A stretch of 49,767 nt of DNA from the IMG/VR virus record IMGVR_UViG_3300014968_000003, positions 1 to 49,767 of that record, one strand, 5' to 3'. The DNA is from a virus. Below the pieces are notes generated by a model that saw only the letters and a list, made by a program, of their open reading frames with translations, made no database searches and was not told where the DNA came from. The translations under genes were made by a program, and so were the position numbers. Below, in pieces: positions 27,803-35,705 of this stretch (positions are counted from its first letter, which is position 1; every line of letters starts with the position of its first letter).

Positions 27803-28005
27803 TTCGAGAAGAGTGACCGAAAGCCAAATTCAAAATCGGAGATCGCGTTCACTTTCCTTACGGTCGAAAGATAGGAACTGTTAAGGGGATTCTTGCTCAA
27901 ACTATGCCTGATAAAAAAGGCAATGATTATTTTCTTGGATTCGTTTATCAAATCAATCGATATTACGGATGCACAGAACAACAACTCAGAAAAGTGAGGA
28001 AGTGA
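27799..28005 (+). CDS. Small SH3/KOW-like ORF interrupted by an in-frame TGA at codon 6 (27814-27816)
   Basis: ATGA-coupled ATG at 27799. After the TGA the frame reads PKAKFKIGDRVHFPYGRKIGTVKGIL...GFVYQINRYYGCTEQQL. There is no canonical start between the TGA and M at 27904. Confidence 0.3.
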
Positions 28006-28009
28006 TCCG

Positions 28010-28141
28010 ATGACGTGGATTATCGCAATTTGCTACACAATCACTTTTATCAGCCTTGGGATGGCGGTACTTTTCCTTATCGCCGCAAACGACCCCGCAG
28101 GCAAACTCTCAGAATTTCTAGCAAGATTTTTAGAAAGGTGA
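28010..28141 (+). CDS. 43-aa single-pass membrane peptide
   Basis: GAGGAAG RBS 7-8 nt upstream. MTWIIAICYTITFISLGMAVLFLIAAN... Confidence 0.4.
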   Translation: MTWIIAICYTITFISLGMAVLFLIAANDPAGKLSEFLARFLER

Positions 28142-28145
28142 TTCG

Positions 28146-28304
28146 ATGAAATCCGTAGTCGATTTCCTCTATGCGCACAATCAACCGGAACCGTGCTTGG
28201 ACCCTGAGTGCGCCTTTTGCAAACTTTGGGACAATAACATCACCGAAGAGTTCGCCAAACAGATAGTCGATCTACTGCCGATGCAAACTGAGGTGATTCA
28301 GTGA
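28146..28304 (+). CDS. 52-aa Cys-containing small protein
   Basis: The ATG lies 4 nt after the previous stop. CLDPECAFC motif. Confidence 0.35.
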   Translation: MKSVVDFLYAHNQPEPCLDPECAFCKLWDNNITEEFAKQIVDLLPMQTEVIQ

Positions 28305-28360
28305 AACAATCGCTCGTCATTCTCGCCGGCCTGATCGCTTACGGAATCGTAATCGTCATC

Positions 28361-29164
28361 TCAGGCTACAACACCCAAGCCAGGAATCACGCTCACGCTA
28401 ATACACCGGCAAAACGGTTCCTCACCAGGGTTGATATATTCTAGAACGCCTTTCTCGTTCTTGATGGGGCAACCCTGAGCTACCTTAAAGCGCCTGCCAG
28501 TAGCCTTCTGATGCTCGATACGTGGATGTTTGCCAGCTCCGCTGTGACGCCACTCAGCCTCAGTAATACCCAATTCCAGACGGCGTGCTCGCTCGACTAC
28601 CGCATTCGCTTTACTCGACTGATCGAAGGCGATATTGGCAGCTCGCCGCTGCGTGATGCCCGAGATCCGCTGAATATCGCGAATCATAACATCCAAGCCT
28701 TTTCCCTGCGAGTATGCGCGGGAAAACGAGCCCTGTACGCTACCCAGGTATTGCTGAGGGATGCTCTTAATCAGTCCGATGTTTTCCGCAAGAGAAGCAT
28801 TAAAAGCGTCCTGTATGCCAGGTGTCATTGAAAACTTGACAGTGAAGCCAATATCTCGAAGAGTCTGCTGCATCGCCCGGTCAGTTCCTTGCATCTGGCT
28901 CTTGAGATAAGCCTTGGCAATCTTCGGGGCGGCTTTATCGAAACGTTTCATCCAACGCTTATAAAGATCGTTAAACGTCTTCTGTATCTGCTGCGACGGT
29001 GTGGCATCTTCGGCCACTGTTGGGGGCGCATCGCGGTACTGAGCGCGAAGCCAATAGACGACACTATCGTTCATCTCTCGCACTAAATCCAAGAGTTGAC
29101 GCTGATAGCGTTGCCTGAGGCCGGCGTTCGGTCGGATTGGAGGAAGTTTAGTTGTGGTGACCAT
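28361..29164 (-). CDS. Head morphogenesis protein, Mu F / SPP1 gp7 family
   Basis: C-terminal EWRHSGAGKHPRIEHQKATGRRF...INPGEEPFCRC signature. Confidence 0.8.
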   Translation of the reverse strand: MVTTTKLPPIRPNAGLRQRYQRQLLDLVREMNDSVVYWLRAQYRDAPPTVAEDATPSQQIQKTFNDLYKRWMKRFDKAAPKIAKAYLKSQMQGTDRAMQQTLRDIGFTVKFSMTPGIQDAFNASLAENIGLIKSIPQQYLGSVQGSFSRAYSQGKGLDVMIRDIQRISGITQRRAANIAFDQSSKANAVVERARRLELGITEAEWRHSGAGKHPRIEHQKATGRRFKVAQGCPIKNEKGVLEYINPGEEPFCRCISVSVIPGLGVVA

Positions 29165-29819
29165 GACATACGATTGTTGCGCCGTAACTTGAACTGATCA
29201 CATAACCGCCAGAACTGCCCTGAGCAACACCTTCAGTAATACTTACGGTGCTAGCTCCTGTAATCGTAGCGTTCAAAATGATGGCTGGCTGAGTGGAACT
29301 TCCTCCTGCAATCGCCGACGAATACATTGTCCAGCATCCAACTGAATATGAACTATTGGCGAAAGATGCAGGAAAAGTCAGAGTGCCGGCAGAACAAGTT
29401 CGACCCCCTCCGTCATCGGAAAAGGAACATCCCGAAATACTCGCCATCTGGTCTTGAGCGCCCGAACTGATAGCAGTAACACGACCTTGAGGGTCAGTCG
29501 TTACGCTCGAGGGAAAAGTGTAGGTTCCCGCCGTACCCGATGTAGGCAGCGCAGCACTCGGCAAGGTGCTCGCATCAACGTAATGTGACCCATCCCCTAG
29601 CAGGATGTGATTTGAAGGCGCTGCCCCTGCCTGCTGATAGCCGGCAGTACTGTTGATCTGTCCAGTAGCCGAAATCGTATTGCCGAACGTTGAAGCTCCC
29701 GTCACCCCGAGAGTTCCGCCCGCAGTGATGTTGTTAAATATCCCATTCACCGCAAAACCCATCAGGCCGATTGCGATAATCGGCAACGCTATCAATCCGA
29801 GCTTAGCTGTCCACTTCAT
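29148..29819 (-). CDS. N-terminally membrane-anchored protein with a tail-fibre-like repeat region, encoded inside the head module
   Basis: TM GLIALPIIAIGLMGFAV. The fibre-type motif ILLGDGSHYVDASTLPSA...SGTAGTYTFPSSVTTDPQGRVTAISSG. Confidence 0.5.
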   Translation of the reverse strand: MKWTAKLGLIALPIIAIGLMGFAVNGIFNNITAGGTLGVTGASTFGNTISATGQINSTAGYQQAGAAPSNHILLGDGSHYVDASTLPSAALPTSGTAGTYTFPSSVTTDPQGRVTAISSGAQDQMASISGCSFSDDGGGRTCSAGTLTFPASFANSSYSVGCWTMYSSAIAGGSSTQPAIILNATITGASTVSITEGVAQGSSGGYVISSSYGATIVCHGHHN

Positions 29820-29979
29820 GTTCGGCCTCTTTCTGCAAGTACAAACGCTGCCCTACTTGATCGATCATTTCTGTCAGTTGCTTTCCGTCACCTTGCTCAA
29901 CCAAAGCAATCATTCCGTGCAGAAATAACGGATGGCATCCGTTACGCATAGCGTCTTCCAATTCTTCCGGTATTGTCAT
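29803..29979 (-). CDS. 58-aa hypothetical protein, too short for the ORF track
   Basis: ATGA coupling with the portal stop. Translation: MTIPEELEDAMRNGCHPLFLHGMIALVEQGDGKQLTEMIDQVGQRLYLQKEAEHEVDS. Confidence 0.35.
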   Translation of the reverse strand: MTIPEELEDAMRNGCHPLFLHGMIALVEQGDGKQLTEMIDQVGQRLYLQKEAEHEVDS

Positions 29980-31487
29980 GGCACGTCCTGTTCCTCTAAG
30001 TCTTCATTATCAACCTCAGGAACGTTCTCAACATCCAAACCTTCGTAACCGCTATCAGCGTTACGTGCCAACTTCTCACGGACCTCAACATCCGCGAGGA
30101 TGCCGGCACCAACATAAGCAACGTCACGCTCGGCGTCCGACTTGCGAAGTTCAGCCAGCTCCTTAGGCGTCATCTGATAAAGTGGCTGCCAGTTCACTGT
30201 GATCCCAGGATCGATCGAACCGTATCGAATCAATTGAACAATCTCTAGCACGCGAGTAACAACCCAACTCCAATCGCGATATTGAAGAGATCGAATCCAA
30301 TCCTTGAAAGACTTCATTTCCCCCTCAGCCAGGTTTCCGAAGCCGGTAGGAGAGACACCTAAGAGCTCGACGGCAGGAATATGGCTGACAGAACACATCT
30401 GTTCCTGCGAAGCCGATTGCAGTTCGGCCAGACCACCTAAAGGGACGTTCTGAACCACAAGGTCTTCGTTGGTCATATCGAGCAACATCAGACCTTTGTT
30501 ATTGCGAGTGAGCGTGAATAGTTCGGCTCGATTATAGAGATTATCAACGTCAATTCCAGATCCACCTTGAAGCACTTGAGCCATCTGCGTTTTCATAGTG
30601 ACAATGCTGAAGTTGTTAATGAGATCGCTCACCGATTGACGAGTCCGCAACCAATTATCGACGTAAGGCTCTGCAAGCTGACTTATGCTCATTCCGCCGA
30701 AGTTGAAAGCCGGCTTCAACATATCGGTAACAGGCCGCGTCACTACAGTCAGCAATCGATCGGCATGAACCTGCTTACCCAACATGTACCAACCAACAGG
30801 TCGATAGAAATCTTCTCGCGTCGGATCATCGGCGTTATAAGCCTGCGGAGTCGTCCACATTGCCTCAACCGCTTTGACTGTGAAGTATTTATTGATCTTC
30901 TCGTCTTCTTTAATCGCCTGTTTCTTGACAGTGCGGGGGTCGAGTACAAGCGGCATCATTCGATCAGTTTGACTCTTAATGTCCAGAAACAACTGAGCGC
31001 GGCCATAGAAGCTATCATGATCAACCATCTGAGCGACGATTTCCTTCAAGTCCAGGTCATCCAAATCCTTTTCAAGCTGGACGATCTTTTCCTTGATTTC
31101 TGGCGTATCTCCGTTGGTCGAACCCAACTTCAGCCATTCGCGAGTAATCGCGTTGCTCATTGCCTGAGCGAACATGCGATATTCCGCCCGCGTCGAAAGC
31201 ATGGATAGGTAAGGGTAGCCAGGAAAACCAACCCATTCGGAGCCGTATCCTACGCCAGCTCCCATCGCTTGCGAATAGCTGTAGCAACTATCGTCAGCCG
31301 TCAGTACCGGAACTTTAACTCCCGCTGGAATGACTCCAGACATTAGTTCTGGGGGCTTGATGGGATAGGCGTATGACTTCTCGGGTTTAGCCTCGGCACG
31401 CGCGCGCAAGAGAGCGGAACGGAGTCCAGCATAGGGCTGAGAAGTAGAAGCGGAAGCTTGCGGCTTGCGGCGTTGACGAATAGGCAT
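29976..31487 (-). CDS. Portal protein (DUF1073-like)
   Basis: Size and position after TerL. The first ATG is at 31487 (MPIRQRRK...); the track start at 31538 is TTG, so the start is uncertain. Confidence 0.7.
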   Translation of the reverse strand: MPIRQRRKPQASASTSQPYAGLRSALLRARAEAKPEKSYAYPIKPPELMSGVIPAGVKVPVLTADDSCYSYSQAMGAGVGYGSEWVGFPGYPYLSMLSTRAEYRMFAQAMSNAITREWLKLGSTNGDTPEIKEKIVQLEKDLDDLDLKEIVAQMVDHDSFYGRAQLFLDIKSQTDRMMPLVLDPRTVKKQAIKEDEKINKYFTVKAVEAMWTTPQAYNADDPTREDFYRPVGWYMLGKQVHADRLLTVVTRPVTDMLKPAFNFGGMSISQLAEPYVDNWLRTRQSVSDLINNFSIVTMKTQMAQVLQGGSGIDVDNLYNRAELFTLTRNNKGLMLLDMTNEDLVVQNVPLGGLAELQSASQEQMCSVSHIPAVELLGVSPTGFGNLAEGEMKSFKDWIRSLQYRDWSWVVTRVLEIVQLIRYGSIDPGITVNWQPLYQMTPKELAELRKSDAERDVAYVGAGILADVEVREKLARNADSGYEGLDVENVPEVDNEDLEEQDVP

Positions 31488-31544
31488 AGCACAGATAGTA
31501 TGCCATGCCTGCCCGTCAGCTCTGGCGGAATTCCGCAATCTCCT

Positions 31545-33038
31545 CTATCGCCTGCGTGCTGCTGCCAACGCCTCCGGCGATATGGAAATCATACCGAAGA
31601 GCGGATAGAGGCGTCTGAGGGCCTGCGTAAAGGCGTCAAGCTGATCGTCATTAGCTACCGAACCTTCGCCGCGATAGCGCGTTACTTCTGATAGCCATGT
31701 ACCAGGTAGATGCTGGCCCATGACCGAACCAACCCAAGGCGCAATATCGGGATGTGGCAGCCACACGTTCTTTGCTTCCCATACACTCGTCACCGCATGA
31801 GCTCTTGCCAACTTCGATCCATCCGGCTCGATTGCGATGAGACCAAAGACTTCTTTCTTCAGAAAGTCGATGACTGCTGGCCCATTGGCTTTATCTTCGA
31901 TCAGCACTTCGCGAGCTGTATAGTTCTGCCAGCTACGAAGATCCTTGACAGCTTGAGCAGTCGCCGTAAATCCCATCTGTCCGCGTATCTGGTGAATGAG
32001 ATAGACGTAAGCTCCTGCCTTACCCCACTTCTGCCCAACAACGTAATCGCTGCCATCCGTATCCTTGAAAGCACAATCCCACGAATCAATGATGATATCG
32101 AATCGCTTTGGTAACTGGCGAGGGATATAGAACTGAATTCCAATATCTCGGAATATCGCGCCACCTAACGGTATCGGCGTCTGCTGATACATTGCTGAGA
32201 ACCAGAAGTCGCTGGTGACAGACTTAGCTTCTCTTAGAAAATGTTCGCTCTTCAACTCAGGAACGAGAGCACCATGCGGCAGACGTGGATTATATCCAGC
32301 TTCATTCGGATAGTTCAGGGCAGGGAAGCGCAACACTGTAAGTCGATGTTTATGCTCAGGTTTGCTGTACATCGCCTCAATGCGAGCTGGTAGATCATCT
32401 TCAGCCCAGGATGTAGCCATGACAATCTGACCGCTGTTCTCGCTTAGTCGAGTGAGGAATACTGATTGATACCAGTTCCAATGCGTTTCTTTCGTTACTT
32501 CGCTCAACGCTTCTTTTTGATCTTTAGTTGGATCATCGATAATGCCGACATTTACCGTCTTACCTGTTAGTCCAGAGCCAATGCCGACACTTACATAAGA
32601 ACCTTCACCATAAGGCGAGTTAAAGAAGCCTACTGTCGATCGATCGAACTTATCTTTCGGTTTTGTTTTTGGAAATAGCTTGCGATGACGATCATTAGCT
32701 AGATTACGGCGTACCCATTGAGCCATATCATTTGCAAGATCGGAAGCATATGAAGCCGTTCCTATCCTTACCTCAGGATAAGCTGACATAAGATAAGCTG
32801 GCAGCTTTCGGCTAACCATCTCCGATTTACCATGTTGAGGTGGGGCTTTAAGAATCAAGACGGGTCGCAAGCCGGCATTAACGTCAGCAATGAACTTATC
32901 GAGAGCGCGGCATACCGCTTCAGAGAAGCTACTTATCTTAAACTGAGGATTGGTATAGCGAATGTAACTATGGAAGTGAATGCGAGCGCGCCGGCGTTCT
33001 TGCAGCTCCAGCAATAAAGATTCTTCAGTGACTGGCAT
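31545..33038 (-). CDS. terL: Terminase large subunit
   Basis: Walker A LKAPPQHGKSE, ATPase + RNaseH-like nuclease architecture (IIIDSWDCAF...), 497 aa. Confidence 0.85.
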   Translation of the reverse strand: MPVTEESLLLELQERRRARIHFHSYIRYTNPQFKISSFSEAVCRALDKFIADVNAGLRPVLILKAPPQHGKSEMVSRKLPAYLMSAYPEVRIGTASYASDLANDMAQWVRRNLANDRHRKLFPKTKPKDKFDRSTVGFFNSPYGEGSYVSVGIGSGLTGKTVNVGIIDDPTKDQKEALSEVTKETHWNWYQSVFLTRLSENSGQIVMATSWAEDDLPARIEAMYSKPEHKHRLTVLRFPALNYPNEAGYNPRLPHGALVPELKSEHFLREAKSVTSDFWFSAMYQQTPIPLGGAIFRDIGIQFYIPRQLPKRFDIIIDSWDCAFKDTDGSDYVVGQKWGKAGAYVYLIHQIRGQMGFTATAQAVKDLRSWQNYTAREVLIEDKANGPAVIDFLKKEVFGLIAIEPDGSKLARAHAVTSVWEAKNVWLPHPDIAPWVGSVMGQHLPGTWLSEVTRYRGEGSVANDDQLDAFTQALRRLYPLFGMISISPEALAAARRR

Positions 33039-33055
33039 GTTTCTGAGTATATGAG

Positions 33056-33130
33056 AAAAATTTAAAGCCTGCTTAGGGCCGTAGTAGCGCTGGATTGCTA
33101 CCTTGACAAGCCCCTAAGACAGGCTTTAAA
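33056..33130 (-). terminator. Strong intrinsic-terminator-like hairpin between terS and terL: an 18-bp stem with one bulge, a 32-nt loop containing a sub-hairpin, then TTTTT in the minus sense
   Basis: Arms 33061-33078 and 33111-33130 are reverse complements. The A5 run at 33056-33060 gives U5 on the late transcript, 17 nt before the terL ATG. Confidence 0.5.
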
Positions 33131-33240
33131 TCCGGATAAACCTGGGCCAGTGGTGAGTGTAGTCTCTGGAATCCCTATCGCATCGTCCGTCGTTCCCTCG
33201 TCAGGTACTAATCCGATCCTCACCGCGATAATCAATAGTC

Positions 33241-34095
33241 TCATGTATTGACGAGAGTGTCAACACTTTTCAACTTCAAGAGCATTTGGGCAATCTGATC
33301 GTCAGTGAGATCTTCAGCACTGACATTAGCCGCCATCGGAATCGCTCCCCCACCAGGTCCGCTGATCTCGGTGGGGTTCACCAGCATCCGGAGAAACTTG
33401 GCAATGTTTTCAAGCGCCTTGTCCTGATCGCGAAACTTAATCTCCAGCCCATCCTTGGTTTTCTTCAGACCTGCGTAGAGCCTCCTGGCGGATCCGGTAA
33501 CGTCTCGGAGGTCTGCTACCCTCACCCGCTCCGTTCCGTCACCGTGGCAGACCGGACAGTCGGGATTTGGGCTGTTGTGCGGACTGTACCCAAAGCCACC
33601 TAGCGGCATCGGTGGGACTCGCTTCATGCAGGGCTGCTCACACTTGGCATTGCAGAAATGTTCTAAGCATCGCCGAGTGGTTTGGTTGTACTCGAATTGC
33701 GTCCATTGATATTCATGATTCTCGCCGTAGCAGTGCCGACAGCAATCGATGCGGAGAGTAATGAGTTCGCTCGGGTCCGCGCTCGCTATATCCCGCCACT
33801 CTTGCAGTACCCATTCAACACTGATTGCGCTGGCTTTAGCTCGTTGAGCGATGATTTCAGCGATAGCATCTTGTACGTCCGCTTCGGCCAATAGCTGTTG
33901 AGCTCTATGATTCGCAGACGTAGGACTATATCCACAGCGTATAGCCGCCTGAGTGCCATTGAAATCAATGACATACTCCCTAACGAACTGTTCGCGAATC
34001 TCTGCTTTCGCCATGACTGCCACAGTGTACCATGCTTCGGTTATCCAGCCCATCGAAATGTTCCTAAACCAACGGGGTGGATACGGGGTATTCAT
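33241..34095 (-). CDS. terS: Terminase small subunit (Terminase_2-like) with an unusual Cys-rich C-terminal extension
   Basis: FVREYVIDFNGTQAAIRCGYSPTSANHRAQQLL... The likely true start is the ATG at 34014 (MAKAEIREQF), because 34084-34103 carries operator-like repeats. CCRHC...CLEHFCNAKCEQPC...CPVCHGDG. Confidence 0.7.
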   Translation of the reverse strand: MNTPYPPRWFRNISMGWITEAWYTVAVMAKAEIREQFVREYVIDFNGTQAAIRCGYSPTSANHRAQQLLAEADVQDAIAEIIAQRAKASAISVEWVLQEWRDIASADPSELITLRIDCCRHCYGENHEYQWTQFEYNQTTRRCLEHFCNAKCEQPCMKRVPPMPLGGFGYSPHNSPNPDCPVCHGDGTERVRVADLRDVTGSARRLYAGLKKTKDGLEIKFRDQDKALENIAKFLRMLVNPTEISGPGGGAIPMAANVSAEDLTDDQIAQMLLKLKSVDTLVNT

Positions 34096-34145
34096 CGGGG
34101 TATGTTGATTCTAATACATTTAACTCTATATTACCCCGTACCCCG
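34084..34145. promoter_or_regulatory. Operator-like array: CGGGGTA x2 (34084, 34096) facing TACCCCG x2 (34132, 34139)
   Basis: Heptamers read directly. They form a large imperfect palindrome at the head of the late operon. Confidence 0.4.
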
Positions 34146-34337
34146 TTGTATAAGGTCACTCTACGTAAGAGAGATTGTAGTTGTTTTATGTAGAAATACT
34201 CTATGAATTAAATCTTAGAGTTTTGCTACATTATGTACAGTCATTTTCCCCACCTATATACGAGTTTAAATGCATGTCGGGTTACGGGTTATTTTCCAAT
34301 TTTGGCTTGCATCTTATTCATTTTAATAAACTTATTT

Positions 34338-34357
34338 TACCCCGTATATCTGGGGTA
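34338..34357. promoter_or_regulatory. Palindromic operator-like site TACCCCG-TATATC-TGGGGTA, just upstream of a candidate early promoter (TTTACT-15-TATAAA, 34368-34394)
   Basis: Read directly. The -10-like TATAAA ends 8 nt before the ATG at 34403, and no SD is present, so a leaderless mRNA is possible. Confidence 0.4.
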
Positions 34358-34402
34358 TTTCGGGGGCTTTACTTTTCTTAGAAAATCGTATAAAACGCAT
34401 AT

Positions 34403-35095
34403 ATGGAAATTATCACCAGAACTGTCGCCCGTCGCCGTGATTTGCCTATGTATTTTACTGGCAAACCTTGCAAAAACAATCACATAGCCGAACGCTACTT
34501 TGAAAGTGGAGCTTGTAAAGAATGTATTAGGGAGAGCAAAAGCACCGCATTGAGCCCGATTTCTAAGGCTATTGAGGGTGAGATTTTATCTCCAACCACT
34601 CGGCCCATCGATGCTCTAAAATTAGCCAACGCTCAATTGGCTTTAGCAAAAGCCAAACTAGCTCTAGCAAAGGCTACCAATCTAAATTCTAAGAGTTTAG
34701 ATTATCAAGAAGAAAAAACTTCTAAGAAAGAAGTCAAAGAACGCCGTCGCATCATAACGGAAGAACTCGTCGATACTCATCTGAAGTGTTTTCCAGAAGA
34801 TTATCGAAAGGTTCTTGAGATTGTGTGGGTGGCGACCGTCATGCGGAATCCGATGCTCAAGAAAGAGGATGTAGTCAAACGTCAGCTTAATCACTGCACC
34901 TGGACGTTCCGGTGCTACGCGGAAGACAGGAAAGCGCTGTATGCGATCACCGATGAAATCTTCGGCATTACATCTTCGAAGACTTACGACGTACAAACAG
35001 ATCGAGCCCGCATTCTGGCCGGCATCGAAACTGAGGCCGAAAAGGAGCGAGCAGAAGAATACTGGCCGAATCTCGGACCTAATAATCCAGGTTGA
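34403..35095 (+). CDS. Early protein with an N-terminal zinc-ribbon-like motif and a coiled-coil
   Basis: YFTGKPCKNNHIAERYFESGACKECI motif; ATG start. Confidence 0.6.
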   Translation: MEIITRTVARRRDLPMYFTGKPCKNNHIAERYFESGACKECIRESKSTALSPISKAIEGEILSPTTRPIDALKLANAQLALAKAKLALAKATNLNSKSLDYQEEKTSKKEVKERRRIITEELVDTHLKCFPEDYRKVLEIVWVATVMRNPMLKKEDVVKRQLNHCTWTFRCYAEDRKALYAITDEIFGITSSKTYDVQTDRARILAGIETEAEKERAEEYWPNLGPNNPG

Positions 35096-35123
35096 CACAC
35101 AACCTGAAGTGTGAGAAGGTAGA
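35092..35123 (+). promoter_or_regulatory. Second copy of the conserved promoter-like element (see 27240-27271)
   Basis: GTTGACACACAACCTGAAGTGTGAGAAGGTAGA. It overlaps the upstream stop and supplies GAAGG 8 nt before the ATG at 35127. Confidence 0.35.
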
Positions 35124-35126
35124 TTC

Positions 35127-35408
35127 ATGGCAACTGAAGAGTACTTGCAAAGCGAATGTCCGGGTAGTCACATCCAAGTGGATAACGAGAAACGAATCGT
35201 TTATTGCATCCCTTTTCGCTTATCACATCGTCAATACTTTGCCGAAAGACTGATGAAAATTCGCCCTATTGGCTATCGCACTCTCGTTGCTCGCATTTCA
35301 TGGGAGATTGTTGTGGGCCAACCTGAATGTTTCGATTTCAAACCGTACCCACTTCAATATCCCCGCATCTCTTGGCTAGAACGTCTACGGTGCAAGCTAT
35401 GGAAGTGA
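35127..35408 (+). CDS. Hypothetical early protein
   Basis: ATG with GAAGG RBS. Confidence 0.55.
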   Translation: MATEEYLQSECPGSHIQVDNEKRIVYCIPFRLSHRQYFAERLMKIRPIGYRTLVARISWEIVVGQPECFDFKPYPLQYPRISWLERLRCKLWK

Positions 35409-35557
35409 GGCCGAACTCCCCCTCCTACGCCAGCATGATCGTAAGTCAATGGGCCGCCACTCAACCCACTCCTCAATCTCTCACTCGAATGGAAAGGGAA
35501 GTCTTGAATGAAATGCTGCGATCTAACGAAGCTTCCGGACGCCGCAATCGTGTCTGA
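35399..35557 (+). CDS. Hypothetical 52-aa protein
   Basis: The ATG at 35399 overlaps the previous stop region. It overlaps the next ORF by 50 nt, so it is doubtful. Confidence 0.3.
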   Translation: MEVRPNSPSYASMIVSQWAATQPTPQSLTRMEREVLNEMLRSNEASGRRNRV

Positions 35558-35705
35558 GTACAATCGGCGGCGAGCGGCCATGCGGAAGCCCGGAGCCGGT
35601 CAGAAGCTCGCTCAGTGCCTTTGGTGTCCTCAGATGCTCACCGCACGTCAACGACGCGACGGTGACTGTCCTGGATGCGGTAGTCACAGGCAGAATAAGC
35701 CATGA
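35508..35705 (+). CDS. Small Cys-rich (zinc-ribbon-like) protein
   Basis: SEYNRRRAAMRK...CLWCPQMLTARQRRDGDCPGCG pattern. Confidence 0.55.
   Translation: MKCCDLTKLPDAAIVSEYNRRRAAMRKPGAGQKLAQCLWCPQMLTARQRRDGDCPGCGSHRQNKP

Noticed and set aside
28301-28444. 47-aa GTG-initiated membrane peptide at the end of the plus-strand island
   Set aside because: It has a GAGGTG RBS and a hydrophobic core. But its last 84 nt overlap convergently with the well-supported Mu F-like gene, which makes it too uncertain to call.
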